Notes under the pieces: model-generated
Databases searched by the model: none
Told to the model about the DNA's origin: nothing
What the model saw: only the letters and a program-made list of their open reading frames with translations
Position numbers and translations under genes: made by a program
Shown here: positions 16,631 through 24,179 of the stretch, piece after piece
How positions within the stretch are numbered: position 1 is the first letter of the stretch
How the letters are laid out: each line of letters begins with the position of its first letter
From: a virus
Direction: 5' to 3' (one strand)
IMG/VR virus record: IMGVR_UViG_3300050016_000310
Length of the DNA: 53,108 bases

Positions 16631-18379
16631 ATGGCGGCCAACAGCCCGGAAATCCGTAAAAAATTCTTGGAATTGACCTACGCCCTGAAAGACGATCAGG
16701 AGTGGAAAGATGCCTTTCAATCCGCCATGGACCGCAGCAAACTGGATAAAATGTCCCTCCCGCGCGAGATTGAGGACGACTTTAAGTCCGGAAAAAATCT
16801 CCCACAGAATGGGGAGGAGGCGCTGCATTTTCTCAAGCGGATCCCGCTGATGGACAAATGGAAGCGCGACCCGATTTATCAGAAGCTCTTTGGCCTGCTC
16901 TCAGCCGAGCAGATGAAAGAAGTGCCCTCCCCCTCTTCGATTTGGGGTCCGCAAAAACACCTGGCCGCGAACGTAGCGGTCGCTTCCCCCTTACGCGTCA
17001 GCCCTCAGATGAAGCACTGGATCTGGAACGAAGGTGCTGCCGCGACCTACACGCTCCGGCCCGAGGACTTCCTGGCCCTGACGGTCGAGTCCTTGGACGA
17101 GCTGAGGGGCATCCAGAAGAAGGCGAAAGAAAAAGGCGGCATCGACTTTTTCAACTCGGATGAAGTTCACAACGACATGAAGGTGCATCCGTTCCTGGAG
17201 GTCTACCCGAGCGGGCGGATCCGCAAACATGAGGGACGCCACCGGGCCGCATCCCTCTTGATGAACAAGGAAGACGCTTACGAAATCGCCCTCATCTTGG
17301 TGGATGAGAATGGCCGGATCCGGGAAGGTGCCCCGATGGAAGACGTTCCCCAAGAATTGATCGGCCAGTACGACTCAGGCGTCTCGCGCTGGGTGAACCG
17401 AGAGAAGTTGAAACCCGTAGAGAACCCGGGGCCCCAGGAAGCCACTACGAGCGCGGAAGAGAGCGATGAAGTTTTTCTCGCCGGACTCGTGCCCACGTCA
17501 ATCCCTCAGAAGAAACAATCTCTGACGGCCGGGCTTTTAGACTTCCCCCGGGTAAAGCTTCCGGCGGAGGTCTGGCTGTACGAAGACGACCAACCACTCC
17601 CCCGGCTTCAGCCCAAGCTCCGCGCGGAGATCCTGAAGGAAGCTCGCTACCGGCTCTCGGAATTCGGCGCGAAGCTCGTCGGCTGCATGCTCTACGGCGG
17701 CAGCGCCACCTACCAATACCACAAGGGCGGAGACATTGATTGCTCCCTCTATATCGACTGGGAGAAGTTTCAAGGGGACGAGGAGCTTCTCCAAGACGCC
17801 TTCAAGTCCGTCGAGATCCCCTGGGGCGACTACGTGCTCCACCTATTCGTCAAGCCCTCGACTCAGCAGGAACAGGTTGAGGTGGCCGATTCCACCTATG
17901 ACGTTCTGCACGACCGCTGGAAACTCCAACCGCTGATCCTGCCCCAGGACTTCGATCCGGAGATCTACTTCAAGCCGCTGATCGAGATTGCGGAGAAGAA
18001 GGCGGAAGAGATCGATATTTTGATGGGCAAGGTCACGCGCGAGTGGGCGATCTTGAAGAAGGCGTTGGAAGCGCGGGTCGAGGGGCCCCGGGATCCGGAG
18101 ACGGTAGACGAGGCGATCGAGACGCAGAAGCTCCTGGTGAAGCAGGAGATCGACAAGCTTGTGGCGGAGTTTGCTGAGGTGTGGGTAGGCCGTCGGCGGA
18201 TGCACGATGCGATGCGGAAGCAATTTGTTTTGAATCGGGAAGTGGGGCGCTTCGAGCGCTTTCAACCGGCCGAGGTGACTTGGAAGTACTTGGATCAGGC
18301 GGGATACTGCGAATTCCTGAAGCTGCTTTCGAAGGCTCATGAGGCGGGGACGATCGACGAGCTGATTGACGCTTTGTAA
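16631..18379 (+). CDS. Multidomain protein: ParB/Srx-like domain plus Pol-beta-superfamily nucleotidyltransferase
   Basis: PFLEV...RIRKHEGRHRAASL (ParB-like [DE]G.HR) and MLYGGSATYQY..GGDIDCSL (hG[GS]x9-13DhDh). Confidence 0.75.
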   Translation: MAANSPEIRKKFLELTYALKDDQEWKDAFQSAMDRSKLDKMSLPREIEDDFKSGKNLPQNGEEALHFLKRIPLMDKWKRDPIYQKLFGLLSAEQMKEVPSPSSIWGPQKHLAANVAVASPLRVSPQMKHWIWNEGAAATYTLRPEDFLALTVESLDELRGIQKKAKEKGGIDFFNSDEVHNDMKVHPFLEVYPSGRIRKHEGRHRAASLLMNKEDAYEIALILVDENGRIREGAPMEDVPQELIGQYDSGVSRWVNREKLKPVENPGPQEATTSAEESDEVFLAGLVPTSIPQKKQSLTAGLLDFPRVKLPAEVWLYEDDQPLPRLQPKLRAEILKEARYRLSEFGAKLVGCMLYGGSATYQYHKGGDIDCSLYIDWEKFQGDEELLQDAFKSVEIPWGDYVLHLFVKPSTQQEQVEVADSTYDVLHDRWKLQPLILPQDFDPEIYFKPLIEIAEKKAEEIDILMGKVTREWAILKKALEARVEGPRDPETVDEAIETQKLLVKQEIDKLVAEFAEVWVGRRRMHDAMRKQFVLNREVGRFERFQPAEVTWKYLDQAGYCEFLKLLSKAHEAGTIDELIDAL

Positions 18380-18420
18380 AACCCCGGAGGCAGAGCGCCC
18401 CCGGGGAACTGAGGACAGGG

Positions 18421-18759
18421 TTACCCGGCGGCGGCCTGGTTGCCTTCCAGCAGCTGCGTCACGAAATCGATCCGGAGGAGCCCGGCGATCTGGAACGACG
18501 GAAGCTTCTTCACGTTCTCGTTCAGGTAGGACCCGATAGAAACGCCCGGAGCGATCAGGCCCTTCCAGAGGGTCGGCTGGACGTTCGGATAGAAGTAGAG
18601 TTCGGTTCCGAGATTCCGTTCGGAAGCTTCGGCACCTTCACGGGTGTCCTTCGCCACTTCCTGGGGCTGCTTGCGGGCATAAAGCACACCCAGCACCTGG
18701 GTTTGAGCATCATAGGCAATTGCGGTCACGTTCGTGGACTTTACGAGGAAGAAATTCAT
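18421..18759 (-). CDS. KTSC-domain protein
   Basis: VKSTNVTAIAYD...L.V.Y...YFYPNV......LI...SIGSYLNENVK. Confidence 0.75.
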   Translation of the reverse strand: MNFFLVKSTNVTAIAYDAQTQVLGVLYARKQPQEVAKDTREGAEASERNLGTELYFYPNVQPTLWKGLIAPGVSIGSYLNENVKKLPSFQIAGLLRIDFVTQLLEGNQAAAG

Positions 18760-18781
18760 CTGAGACTCCTTTGTTTTTGAT

Positions 18782-19204
18782 TTAAGAACGACCTACTACG
18801 AAAATCTTCTGCGAGGCGAGCTTCTGCTCAAACTGAACAAGCCCGCTGATGGTCCCCTCGGGGCCCTCTGCCTTTACCACGACTTCCGCTCGCAGCTTCA
18901 TCGGCATAACGACCTCGACCCCGTAAATCGGATCGCTGTCGAATTGGCTTCCCCAGGTCAGCCAGTATTTCTGGTCCTGAGGAAATTCCTTTCGGAAGAC
19001 GAGTCTGCCGGGGACGTTCTGGGAAATCTGAGCCAAGCTCAGATGTTTATAACGAAGCTCTTTGGGCGTGACGATCGGGACCGCTAAAACCTCCTCCTTC
19101 ACCTGAGGCGCAGCTTTCTTTCTGGCCACCGCCTTTGTCGCGACGGCTTTCTTTTTGGTGGCGGGCTTGCGGGTAGATTTTTTGGAGGCTTTACGTTTGG
19201 TCAT
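18782..19204 (-). CDS. Hypothetical protein with Lys/Ala-rich (histone-like) N-terminus
   Basis: MTKRKASKKSTRKPATKKKAVATKAVARKK; part of an operon-like run of genes. Confidence 0.65.
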   Translation of the reverse strand: MTKRKASKKSTRKPATKKKAVATKAVARKKAAPQVKEEVLAVPIVTPKELRYKHLSLAQISQNVPGRLVFRKEFPQDQKYWLTWGSQFDSDPIYGVEVVMPMKLRAEVVVKAEGPEGTISGLVQFEQKLASQKIFVVGRS

Positions 19205-19211
19205 GGTTCTC

Positions 19212-19658
19212 TCAGTGCAGATGTTGAGGAAGGTTTGAGCCCGGCATGAATTGCCGGAAGTGCAGAATTTTGGGATCCACGGCGGCGGCCCCTTCGGCCA
19301 GATCCTTGGGGTCCGTGCCGGTCAGTTCAGCCAGCTGCTCCAACGAGACCCCGCTGGACTTGGAGACCTCATGGAGCAGGGACTGATGCGCCCAAATCCG
19401 GAGCTGGCTCATCTCGGCCGTGCTGAATGCAAAGCTCTCTTGCGCGAACATCAGCGACTTCACGCCGATCAGCTGAGTCCGCATGTAGGTTTCGAGGAAG
19501 CCTTCGAACTGTGCTTGCATGGAATCGCCGGAAGGCTGCACGAAGATCCCGCTCGCGTAGTCCTGGAAACGAACTTGGGCGGAATGGATGGCCCTGAGGA
19601 GCATCTCCGGAAGAAATGAAACGAGTCGCGTTACTTTATTGTGTCCCGCTGCGGACAT
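19212..19658 (-). CDS. Hypothetical protein, possible C-terminal HTH
   Basis: GGGGG SD; GVSLEQLAELTG motif. Confidence 0.6.
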   Translation of the reverse strand: MSAAGHNKVTRLVSFLPEMLLRAIHSAQVRFQDYASGIFVQPSGDSMQAQFEGFLETYMRTQLIGVKSLMFAQESFAFSTAEMSQLRIWAHQSLLHEVSKSSGVSLEQLAELTGTDPKDLAEGAAAVDPKILHFRQFMPGSNLPQHLH

Positions 19659-19791
19659 AGATGATCCCCCTTTTTAGCACACCCGTATCCTGCAAAGGAC
19701 ACGGCACACCCTAGGGGATATACCTACGTTGGAACATTCGCCAACCTGTTTTTTGAGATTTCTATGAGCGCAAAGCGTTAGGTTCGTTGCG

Positions 19792-20103
19792 TTAATCCGA
19801 CAAATCGGCGGCCTTGATCTTGGTATGAGCAAGCTTTAATTGCTCGCGGGCTTTCGTCACTCGCTGAATCACGCGCTGAAGGTTCCCGACTTTGACCTGC
19901 AAGGTATCGCAAAATACGAAGAGCTGCACGGCCGTGAGCTGCTGGTACCCGGACTCGACGCGCGAGAGCGCGCTCTGATCCAATCCCAGAAGCGGCGCTA
20001 ACGTCGTCTGGTTCAAATCTTGAGTCTTCCGAATGCGCTGCAAATAGCGTCCGATCGCCTTGGCATAATCAGAATCCGGGTCGATTTTCTTTTTCACAAT
20101 CAT
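19792..20103 (-). CDS. XRE-family HTH transcriptional regulator
   Basis: IGRYLQRIRK.QDLNQ..LA..LGLDQSALSRVESG. Confidence 0.85.
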   Translation of the reverse strand: MIVKKKIDPDSDYAKAIGRYLQRIRKTQDLNQTTLAPLLGLDQSALSRVESGYQQLTAVQLFVFCDTLQVKVGNLQRVIQRVTKAREQLKLAHTKIKAADLSD

Positions 20104-20471
20104 GCTGACTTCTCCGCCACAAGGTGCCCTCTGTGGTACTTGATCTTCTCCTGAATTTCCAGGAGCAGAAGTTTGATGGCAGGCGACTTGTAGACGTGCC
20201 GATACAGCAACTCCAAGGTCGTGCAGGCTTGCAAAAAGTAAGATTTGGAAACCTCCATGTTCTGGAGTTCCCGAAAATAGAGCGAGATCCGCTCAGGAGA
20301 AAATTCCGGGATCCGGTCAGCCTGACCTTGTCGCTGGCAAAAGGTCATGAAGTTGGCGGCCTGCCAACGATAATTCTTGATGGAGTTCTTCTTCAGCTCC
20401 AACTCCAGGAGCTTCTTCTCAAAGGCTTGAATCTGCTTCTGTTGTTTTGCCGGTAACGGGCGCCGTCCCAT
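20100..20471 (-). CDS. Stand-alone integrase N-terminal SAM-like (core-binding) domain protein
   Basis: KNSIKNY......F..F......I..Y..EL....VSKSY..QA...L..LY pattern; no catalytic R-H-R-Y domain follows. Confidence 0.6.
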   Translation of the reverse strand: MGRRPLPAKQQKQIQAFEKKLLELELKKNSIKNYRWQAANFMTFCQRQGQADRIPEFSPERISLYFRELQNMEVSKSYFLQACTTLELLYRHVYKSPAIKLLLLEIQEKIKYHRGHLVAEKSA

Positions 20472-20566
20472 AAAATCCTTTCCAATCCCACACTGGAAAG
20501 TTTATACGCCACGTCAAGTTAATTGGAAAGCCTTAAATAGCTTGGATTTAGATAAAAACGGAGTCT

Positions 20567-20809
20567 TCAGGAGGGGGAAGCGACAGTGGGCTTCGCTCGG
20601 GAAGTCGCAATGATATCAAACTTGTGGCCCCCTTTCCGCTGGGAGGCGTTGGAGAAGCGACCGTTTCTGAAGTACCGGATCTTCATCCCGTCGCGGAGCT
20701 TTCCCCCGAAGGGCTTGCGCCCCAGGTTGCTTTCTTCATCGATCGTGACGGGACCTGCGCCTAGCGTCCGGTATGTCTGTCCAAGTTGGAGTCTTCCGTT
20801 GATGGGCAT
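20567..20809 (-). CDS. Hypothetical basic protein
   Basis: AAGGA SD before ATG 20809 (MPINGRLQLGQTYRT...). Confidence 0.55.
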   Translation of the reverse strand: MPINGRLQLGQTYRTLGAGPVTIDEESNLGRKPFGGKLRDGMKIRYFRNGRFSNASQRKGGHKFDIIATSRAKPTVASPS

Positions 20810-20873
20810 AGCTGCTGATCCTTCTTTCGGCAGGTTTACTAAAGTGATGTTAATTTCAGTAAAGGATCTCGTG

Positions 20874-21260
20874 ATGGCCGACTCTATCGCGAGGATCCAA
20901 TTTGCTCGAATCAATTCGACGTTCAGTGTCCAAAATCTGGACCATCTGAAAGCGCTCGAAATTTCCTCCTACAATAAGTGGATCGATCCTGTCGGAACCT
21001 CCTGGCTCCGCGCCGAATTCAAAGCCCCCGTCTTAACCTATTCCGAGCAGCTTTTGCATCGGGATGGATTCATCGGGACGAAGATTTTGATTCATTTGGG
21101 CGAGCGGGAAAATGAATTGTATGGCATCTACGGCCCCCCTAAAAAATGGGGAGAGCTGCGGTGCCACCTGGCTTACCCTTGCCGCTTCGCATTGCATTAT
21201 CAACTGATTATCTTGGACTGGGAGATTTTGGAATGGCACGAGACGAAAACGAAGATCTAA
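20874..21260 (+). CDS. Hypothetical protein (first gene of the tail-morphogenesis run)
   Basis: AAGGA SD; TTAATT motif at 20850; 3' part of listed ORF 20586-21260. Confidence 0.6.
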   Translation: MADSIARIQFARINSTFSVQNLDHLKALEISSYNKWIDPVGTSWLRAEFKAPVLTYSEQLLHRDGFIGTKILIHLGERENELYGIYGPPKKWGELRCHLAYPCRFALHYQLIILDWEILEWHETKTKI

Positions 21261-22480
21261 AGAACGTCATGGGCGGGCGCATGAATAAAGCCAAGCCGGT
21301 CGGCAAGACTGCCTTCAATCCCCAGAAGCCCGCCGCGCCCACGCGGCCTCCGGGTGCTCGGGAGGGCGTCAAATCTCCCATGCCGATCGTTCCACCCCAC
21401 GAACTCGGAAAATACCCACAGGCGGACGACAAGACCCCTTTCGCGGGCGACCGTTCGCGTAGCTTTGACCCCGAACTCAATGAATTTGCCCTGAAGGAAA
21501 TCGCCGAAGAGCGCGGTGTCTCCGTCGAGCAGCTTCTCCAAACCCCCGGTCGGAAACTCGAACAGAAGGTAACCTCCATGGAACCCACCGCCCCTCCTCC
21601 CCAAGCCCGCAACGCCGCTGACTTGAAACGCATGCTCGACGTCCAGAAGAAGTCGGCGGCCCCTCAGCGCGCTCCCTCTTCCTTCACCCACCCGGAGCCC
21701 GAGAAATTCCCGGAGCCTCCCCGCGCGCCATCGGCCGAGAGCCAACGGCTCGAACTGGAGCTGGCGGCCTTGGACCTTCAAAAGAAGGAGCTGGAACTCC
21801 GTCGGCAACTTGTGGAGGCCGCACAGATCGAACAGCCTCCACTTCCGCCCGCCCCCTCGAATAAGACCCGAGTCGTCCATCCCGTTCTCCAGAGGATGCG
21901 GGAGAAGCTCTCGCTCGACAATCTAGTCCCCGCGACGATCGAGATCGAAGGGCTCCTGTTTGAAATGCTTCCTCCGCCTCCCGGGACCTACCCCTGGATT
22001 TTGGAAAAGTTTGCCGAACTGAACCAAATAGATAAGCGCGTGGGGCAGATCACGCTTCAGAAATGCACTGCCGCGCTGGGGCTCGTCCGGGTGGACGGAG
22101 CACCGATCGCCGAAGTCTTAGGGCTCGTGCCCGAAGGCGCCGTGACGAATCCCCTTAGACCTGACGTGGGAATCCGGATCATGACAGCTCAGGCCCTCTA
22201 CGAAATGCTCGAAGGAGAGCCTTCCCTGGATCAGCTCTTTCCTTTCAACCCCGTGATAGCTGGTAAACTTGCTCAAGTATTCGACCAGGCATTCAAAAAT
22301 CTGGATCTGAAATCCTCCCTGGATCCTTTGCTGCGGCATTTCATCTGCCCGATTCCGGATTGCGCAGAAGCAGGAGACTACTCGGTGGCTAAAGGAACTC
22401 CGGTCTTCTGCCAGGTCCATGGGGTTCCGATGGAAGACAGGGGCCTGTCGGCTGAGGTAAAATCCCTCCCTTTGCCCTAA
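21233..22480 (+). CDS. Putative tail assembly chaperone (short, G-like form) with C-terminal Zn-finger
   Basis: GGAG SD, ATG 21233; CPIPDC...FCQVHG; ends at a slippery CCCTTTG just before TAA; upstream of the tape-measure-like gene. Confidence 0.6.
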   Translation: MARDENEDLKNVMGGRMNKAKPVGKTAFNPQKPAAPTRPPGAREGVKSPMPIVPPHELGKYPQADDKTPFAGDRSRSFDPELNEFALKEIAEERGVSVEQLLQTPGRKLEQKVTSMEPTAPPPQARNAADLKRMLDVQKKSAAPQRAPSSFTHPEPEKFPEPPRAPSAESQRLELELAALDLQKKELELRRQLVEAAQIEQPPLPPAPSNKTRVVHPVLQRMREKLSLDNLVPATIEIEGLLFEMLPPPPGTYPWILEKFAELNQIDKRVGQITLQKCTAALGLVRVDGAPIAEVLGLVPEGAVTNPLRPDVGIRIMTAQALYEMLEGEPSLDQLFPFNPVIAGKLAQVFDQAFKNLDLKSSLDPLLRHFICPIPDCAEAGDYSVAKGTPVFCQVHGVPMEDRGLSAEVKSLPLP

Positions 22481-22953
22481 AGGCGTCCCGGAAGGATCCA
22501 GATCTCTCCGTCATCGGATACCTCTGGGCCGCCTCCAGCAGAAGCTTTGAAGAATTGGCCGCGCTGACTCCTGAGCAGCGTGCCTTCGGATATTTCTGGA
22601 CGAAGGAAGTGGAAAACGAACGAGTTGCCCAGCTGGGTAGGCTCCTCGGAACGAACTTCACAGCAGGGGAAATCCGGTCTTGGGCAGCGAGCAAAAATAA
22701 GTCGGGAGAATTCGAAAACCACTCCGATATCCTGATCCCGCTCTCCTTTTCCTTCCGACCGGAATTTCGAGATAACCTCATCAAGATGGTTGGCGCCGAC
22801 GGCCTCTTGATGCCTAGCGATTACAAAACCCGGAAGGGTGAAGTCGTCGTAGATCTGAGCAAGGTTTCGCCTCGGGAGTTCTTGGATTTCTTTGGGAAGA
22901 AGCAGCTCCCTACGCCCCGCACTCGCCCTCAGGCCCCCCAGGACGAAGGTTAG
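22468..22953 (+). CDS. -1 frameshift extension of the tail chaperone (GT-like form)
   Basis: The -1 frame is open from the heptamer C CCT TTG (22468-22474): PFALKASRKDPDLSVIGYLWAASSRSFEELAALTPEQR...; no SD-associated start is present. Confidence 0.65.
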   Translation, partial: PFALKASRKDPDLSVIGYLWAASSRSFEELAALTPEQRAFGYFWTKEVENERVAQLGRLLGTNFTAGEIRSWAASKNKSGEFENHSDILIPLSFSFRPEFRDNLIKMVGADGLLMPSDYKTRKGEVVVDLSKVSPREFLDFFGKKQLPTPRTRPQAPQDEG

Positions 22954-22961
22954 TTTCAAGT

Positions 22962-24176
22962 ATGGCCAAGGGCTCAACTTTTTTCCATTACCTCATGGGA
23001 GCGGCCGACTCGGAAAGTCAAGAAGCTTTCGAACGGATCTTTGCAGCCGACGGAGACAACCGAGATCAGTTGATGGACAAGTTGATCCAACGGGTGACTC
23101 AGCATGAAGAGAAGAAAAAGCGTCAGGAGAATAACCCCACCTTCTGGGATAAGGCCGCAAGGAAGCTCGGCGGCCCCCTGGAAAAGAGTCCCTTGGATCT
23201 GGAGCCCGAGGAACTGAACCGCCTCACCCAAGTGCAACGTGACCCCGAGAATCAAATCGAGTTCGAGCTACCCTTGCTGGACTCTTCATTTGAGGGCCAA
23301 CGGTTGACGGACAAAATGCTTTCCAATAAATGCGACCTTTTCCGAAAGGCTCATGAGGACGACTTCGATTCTGACAAAAATCTCCGGGTGGACACGGAAA
23401 AGGGAGTCTTGTTTTACAAAGGGAAGAAAGATCTGGCCAAGAAATTCTTGGAAAACATCAAAACCAAAAAAGATGTCATTCAGGAGCTGATGGCAGGCCG
23501 GGGCGGCACGCTGCGCCCCGTACAGTTCACCTGCTCCCTGGAGAAGCAGCATCTCACTCAAACCCGAAGCCCCGAAGAGCTGAAAAAAATTGTCGAGGCA
23601 TTTGTAGAACAACAGTCCGATTACATCTCGGGCAATGAAGTCACGTATGATGTGAAGAAGATGTTGCTCTCCTACTCGGGTCCCAAGAACCTCGCGATCC
23701 AACTTCTAAAAAAATTGGGGCTGAAGGAGAACTTGATCCCCGAGATTTTGCTGGGCCACCGCAACAGCAAGGGCACGAAGCAACCCCCCGCCGGACCTAA
23801 CGGGGCCCCTCCTCCGGGCTTCCAGCCCGAAGCCCAAACTCCTGCCCCCGAACCCCCTGCCCCCCCTCCGCCCCCCGGCCAGATACGAATGTCTATCCCG
23901 TTGAATGAACTCAGTGTTGACGCAGACGAGGCTAACCGGGCTCTCACTGGGTGGTTCAAAGACACCAAAAACACTACTGACGTGAAGGAGATGGGAAAAA
24001 TTGCTCACCTGGATGCCGCCAATGAAAATCTTTACTTCACAGGGGGCCGGGACACACTGTCTTCTCTCCTGGGGGCCGAAGGCTTTAATATCTCCCGGGA
24101 TCGGATCTTGGCAATTATAAACAACCCCACCAAATTCCCCATGCCAGCCCCCCCCGTTACCCCAGGGGCCGGATAA
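22962..24176 (+). CDS. Hypothetical protein with about three internal repeats and a Pro-rich linker
   Basis: Repeated D.....L.Y/F.G.K..A...L..L blocks; lies directly before the tape-measure-like gene. Confidence 0.65.
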   Translation: MAKGSTFFHYLMGAADSESQEAFERIFAADGDNRDQLMDKLIQRVTQHEEKKKRQENNPTFWDKAARKLGGPLEKSPLDLEPEELNRLTQVQRDPENQIEFELPLLDSSFEGQRLTDKMLSNKCDLFRKAHEDDFDSDKNLRVDTEKGVLFYKGKKDLAKKFLENIKTKKDVIQELMAGRGGTLRPVQFTCSLEKQHLTQTRSPEELKKIVEAFVEQQSDYISGNEVTYDVKKMLLSYSGPKNLAIQLLKKLGLKENLIPEILLGHRNSKGTKQPPAGPNGAPPPGFQPEAQTPAPEPPAPPPPPGQIRMSIPLNELSVDADEANRALTGWFKDTKNTTDVKEMGKIAHLDAANENLYFTGGRDTLSSLLGAEGFNISRDRILAIINNPTKFPMPAPPVTPGAG

Positions 24177-24179
24177 ATC

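Noticed and set aside
19792-20471. Lysogeny module or prophage boundary
   Set aside because: There is no catalytic integrase, no demonstrable att site and no flanking bacterial housekeeping genes in the window.
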